Of a stretch of 64,000 nt of DNA, positions 60,709-64,000 are shown piece by piece (positions within the stretch are counted from its first letter, which is position 1; each line of letters begins with the position of its first letter). The position numbers and the translations under genes are program-made. The notes under the pieces were generated by a model. That model was not told where the DNA came from. It did not search any database and worked only from the letters and a program-made list of their open reading frames with translations. The stretch comes from Eutreptiella sp. 'Long Island Sound 2002' (taxonomy: Eukaryota; Protista; Euglenida): assembly GCA_964036045.1 (NCBI GenBank), contig OZ038378.1, forward strand, positions 147,064,001-147,128,000, read 5' to 3'.

Positions 60709-61930
60709 CACCTCGAAGAGAGGCTGACAGTCAGCCAATCAGTCAGAAAGAGGTGCGCGGCCCCCAATCTTTGCCTGCGGCCCCCAGACCCTGTGCGCGG
60801 CCCCCAGTTCCTACACCTGACTCCCAGTCCTTGCGCGCATTCCAAAGTCTGTGCGCAGCCCCCAATCTTTGTGCGCGACCCCCAGACCCAGTCAGGCAAG
60901 CAGTCAGTCAGACACACGGGGGGGGGGGGCGACTACAACCGGTCCAGATGCGACACCCCCCCAGCTATCTGTCAAAATTTGGGGGGGGGGGGAGTTGGGG
61001 GGGGGAGTCGGCTGGAGGGTGTGGGGTGGGGGGTTTGGCCGGGGGGGGGGGTTCCCAAGGTGGGAGGGCCTACGGGCGACCCACTACTACCACATGCATA
61101 CCTCCATGGGGGGGGGGGGGGGTGTGTCTGGTTTGGGGAAGCTGCTGGTGGCTGTTGTGAAGCAGGGGCTGCAGATGCGCAGGTGTGTCCACAGCGGTTG
61201 TGGTGATCTTCACTTCGCAGCAAACGACATTTGCTTAATGTTGTAGGCACCTGTCCCTCACCTCAGGCATGCAGGGACCCAAGTCTGCAGACAAATGGCA
61301 TTCGGGGTCACCGTTGGCGCCATGGCCCCAACACCACTATCTCTCAAAACCCGGGGGGGGGGGGGGGGGGGGGGGGCTGGGGGTGTCGCATACAAGGACC
61401 GGGCCCAGCCGCCCCCCCCCGTGGTCAGACAGTCAGTCGGGCAAGCAGGCAGGCACACAGGCAGACAGCAAGACACAATTTGGGTTTTTTCAGTGAGGGA
61501 CTGGGCTACAAGCAGTGGGGAGCCCAGTGCATACCGGATCTGTCAGTGGTCGAACAGAAATGCAGTCGACGGTCACCTGTCGGGTTGGCGGTTCGATTCC
61601 CGACTGGTCCACTGCCGGCCGCGCCGATCCCTCGTGCAACTGTTGCTGTACCTGACCCTCGTTCAAATCCCTCTGAGCACAAACTTTTGACCCCCCCCCC
61701 ACCCCCAGCCCCCCCCCCCCCCCCAAAAGTGATCCCTAGTTTCAGGGGGATAGAGGCCTCAGAATCAAAAAATCCATTGGGGGATTGTCTTGTTGGGCAA
61801 AATAATGATTTTACAAGGGGTTGGACATCCAATATCATGCCTTGGGGTATGCTACGCGAACGACCCCCCCAAAAGGGGGGTTACACGACGCACGTGCCTG
61901 CGCTTGATCCAACAACCTCTCTTCGAGGTG
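60709..61930. mobile_element. third copy of the CACCTCGAAGAGAGG inverted-repeat element, with nested modules and a tRNA-like head (~61535-61615)
   Basis: Inverted 15-mers at both ends. Internal blocks near-identical to 35900-36104. Confidence 0.65.
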
Positions 61931-62116
61931 ACTTTGGTTTTTGGCAACTGTGCTGAATTTCGCCGACTCGTTGGGCTCCTCGCTGACTCGGGGGGGGGGG
62001 GGGGGGTTGTTGCACAAGGCGGTCGCTGTGCAAGGGGTGGGCCGGGTACATAGGGCACTGCAGGGGCCAACCAGCGCCTCAAGCCTCACCACAATGACGC
62101 GCATCGGGACACATAC

Positions 62117-62187
62117 GTCACGGTAAAGAAAGTTGTCGTACGGGAAGATCTCCAGATGCCGCTGCACGTTCTCTTTGGTGATGACCC
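62117..62187 (-). CDS. DHHC palmitoyltransferase, exon 2
   Basis: cgcag| and |gtatgt, 71 nt, phase 1/0. Completes SDPG-VITKENVQRHLEIFPYDNFLYRD. Confidence 0.92.
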
Positions 62188-63205
62188 CTGCGATGAACGG
62201 TCGCGGGGTGCGCCCGCATGCGCGCAGGAGGTCGGTGTGGGGCTCGACACCCAACCGCACCACCTTGTCCTTTGGCTGGAATGTTGGTCCCTACTCATGC
62301 CCTCGAACGCAGAAGCCTCCCATCACAACGCTTACCGTACAGCAACACATTCGAAGCAACATATCATGCGGCGCGGGGGTGATCCAACCTGATGGAACCT
62401 GGAGGATTCAAGGGGGGTGTTGTTGCACGGTGCGGCACCTTTCTGATGTTTCTGGAGATCTTACCCGGTCAAGAGGCCCGCCGCAAGCCACTTTGGCGGG
62501 TGTTCCCGAATGCTTGTGGATGGTCGCCAGAGGCCTTTGGATGACACCTGGTGTATACCGAAACTTTGCACCGTGGAAGGGGGGGGGCGTGCAACACCCT
62601 CAAGGGGTACCCTTAATTTTGGGGGGGGGGGGGGGGGCAGACCAAGTTGAGCTGCCGTACCCTGCTCACTGTATGATACCCAAGTCAACCTCTCGGGATC
62701 AACGTCCAGTTCACCGATGATCCCACAACTGCCTGTGCTAGCGGATCTGACACGGATCTGACACGCAGTTAAGATGAGCCGACTCTGATACCAAGGCTCG
62801 ACATTTTCCTTAATTTTTCCACCACACAAAACAAATTCCCCTGACCCTCAATCCCTAGGGTCAGGGCGGGGCAAGCAGATAAGGCTGGCGGGCGCCACTG
62901 CGCCCCTCCGTGCTGCACACCACTGGAGGCACTCACACCCATCCCCATCTGTGACATATGCCCTGCGGGTATGGTGCGGTCTTTGACTGGACCAAAATCC
63001 AGTCAAAGACTGGACTTTGGTCCTCCATTTCTTTCACTTACAGCGGAGGGCCTCGGGCTTTTCTGTTCTTTTTCATACTTTCTTTTTCGCGCGAACTGAT
63101 GTCGCAGTCAGGCACAGCCATAGAAGATCAAAGGGATGCGGGAGGGGCAAAGGGAGGCTGGGGCATGCCGTGCAAGAGGACCACACGGCGGTGACAGGCG
63201 GCGAC

Positions 63206-63602
63206 CTGGGTCCGATGCACACGCGACGATGAACGTGCCGATGGTGAACGCCGTGCACATGGGCCCCGTCCAAATGTGGATGGTGTCCCGCGGGATCATG
63301 GGGTACACCTGCTGGTACCAGATGTACACGGAAACAGCCATGAGGATCACATACAGCGACTGAATCAACGGGTTCCGCCGCTCGCAACAGTAATGCTCCA
63401 CGTTGGCCCCGTAGTGGGAGCCCCGGTCTTTGCTGCAGCACAGCACCGTGCACAGGCAATGCACCAGCACGCTCGGGCCGTTGATCAACAACAGGTACAG
63501 TGTCCCCACAATGCCATCGCGGTGATACCGCGTGGGACCGCAAATGCATATGTACACGAGAACCGCCACCACAAAGATATACACAAACATGAGGTAATCC
63601 AT
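63206..63602 (-). CDS. DHHC palmitoyltransferase, exon 1
   Basis: ATG at 63602. MDYLMFVYIFVVAVLVYICICG...HRDGIVG...CCERRNPLIQSLY...FIVACASDP|gtcgcc, 397 nt. The six exons total 1071 nt = 356 aa + stop, all phases compatible. Confidence 0.92.
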
Positions 63603-64000
63603 TGTGGTGCAAAAGCGGAGGCGAGCCCCTAACAACACATGCGGTAGGCCAGGCAAGAAGAAAGGGCTTCGGTCCAGCTCAATACCTCAATCACCATGCT
63701 ATCCTTCAGAGGGAAGAAAGGCATGGGAGTGGAGCCCACGGACCTGCTGGCCCTTCAAGCTTTCGCAACGGATGACCAGCGGATCAGGGCCGCCATGCCG
63801 TCGGTAGAGCAAGAGACCACCCCTCAGACCAATCAGGTCGGAGGGGCAATTGCTCGAGGGTTGCCGGGCCGTGGCCATCCAGCCGACCATGTGCTGCTTC
63901 GTGTCTGCACGCCACTGAATCGCACTAACAGAGCAGTCCAGTTCCTCCTGAATATTCCAGCCTGGCACCATTGATTGCGCCATCGATTGACTGTCCGCAG

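Noticed and set aside
63699-63983. ORF with ADTKQHMVGW resembling RT C-terminal PSTKQHIAGL
   Set aside because: The match is too short, with no supporting similarity on either side.

Overview
Eukaryotic genomic DNA: repeat-rich, with GT-AG introns and TTAGGG telomeric-type repeats. The taxon cannot be fixed from sequence alone; it is plausibly a protist or alga. Every convincing coding region is on the minus strand. They are (i) a 572-aa orphan coiled-coil ORF, (ii) a complete 3-exon STELLO/DUF288-like glycosyltransferase (418 aa), (iii) an intronless 1694-aa protein with an R-S-E class ADP-ribosyltransferase domain followed by six ~237-aa repeats, each carrying a MYCBP2/Highwire-like Cys-rich module, (iv) a complete 6-exon DHHC palmitoyltransferase (356 aa over 18.5 kb), and (v) a Penelope/TERT-like reverse transcriptase ORF with an atypical FRDN motif inside DHHC intron 2. 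DHHC intron 3 holds three ~1.15-kb non-coding units in tandem. Each unit has precise ends, is bracketed by (TTAGGG)n and carries asymmetric inverted repeats, which makes this the best candidate for an undescribed telomere-repeat-targeted mobile system. The 3' end of the ART gene has been interrupted by a 31-bp minisatellite and flipped by a ~1.75-kb inversion with inverted microhomology at the breakpoints. The rest is an 82-bp G-rich satellite (1-3122), several MITE-like families, tRNA-like SINE heads, microsatellites, and three dispersed copies of a small SH3/Tudor-like ORF. Family assignments come from motif recognition by eye, not from database searches.
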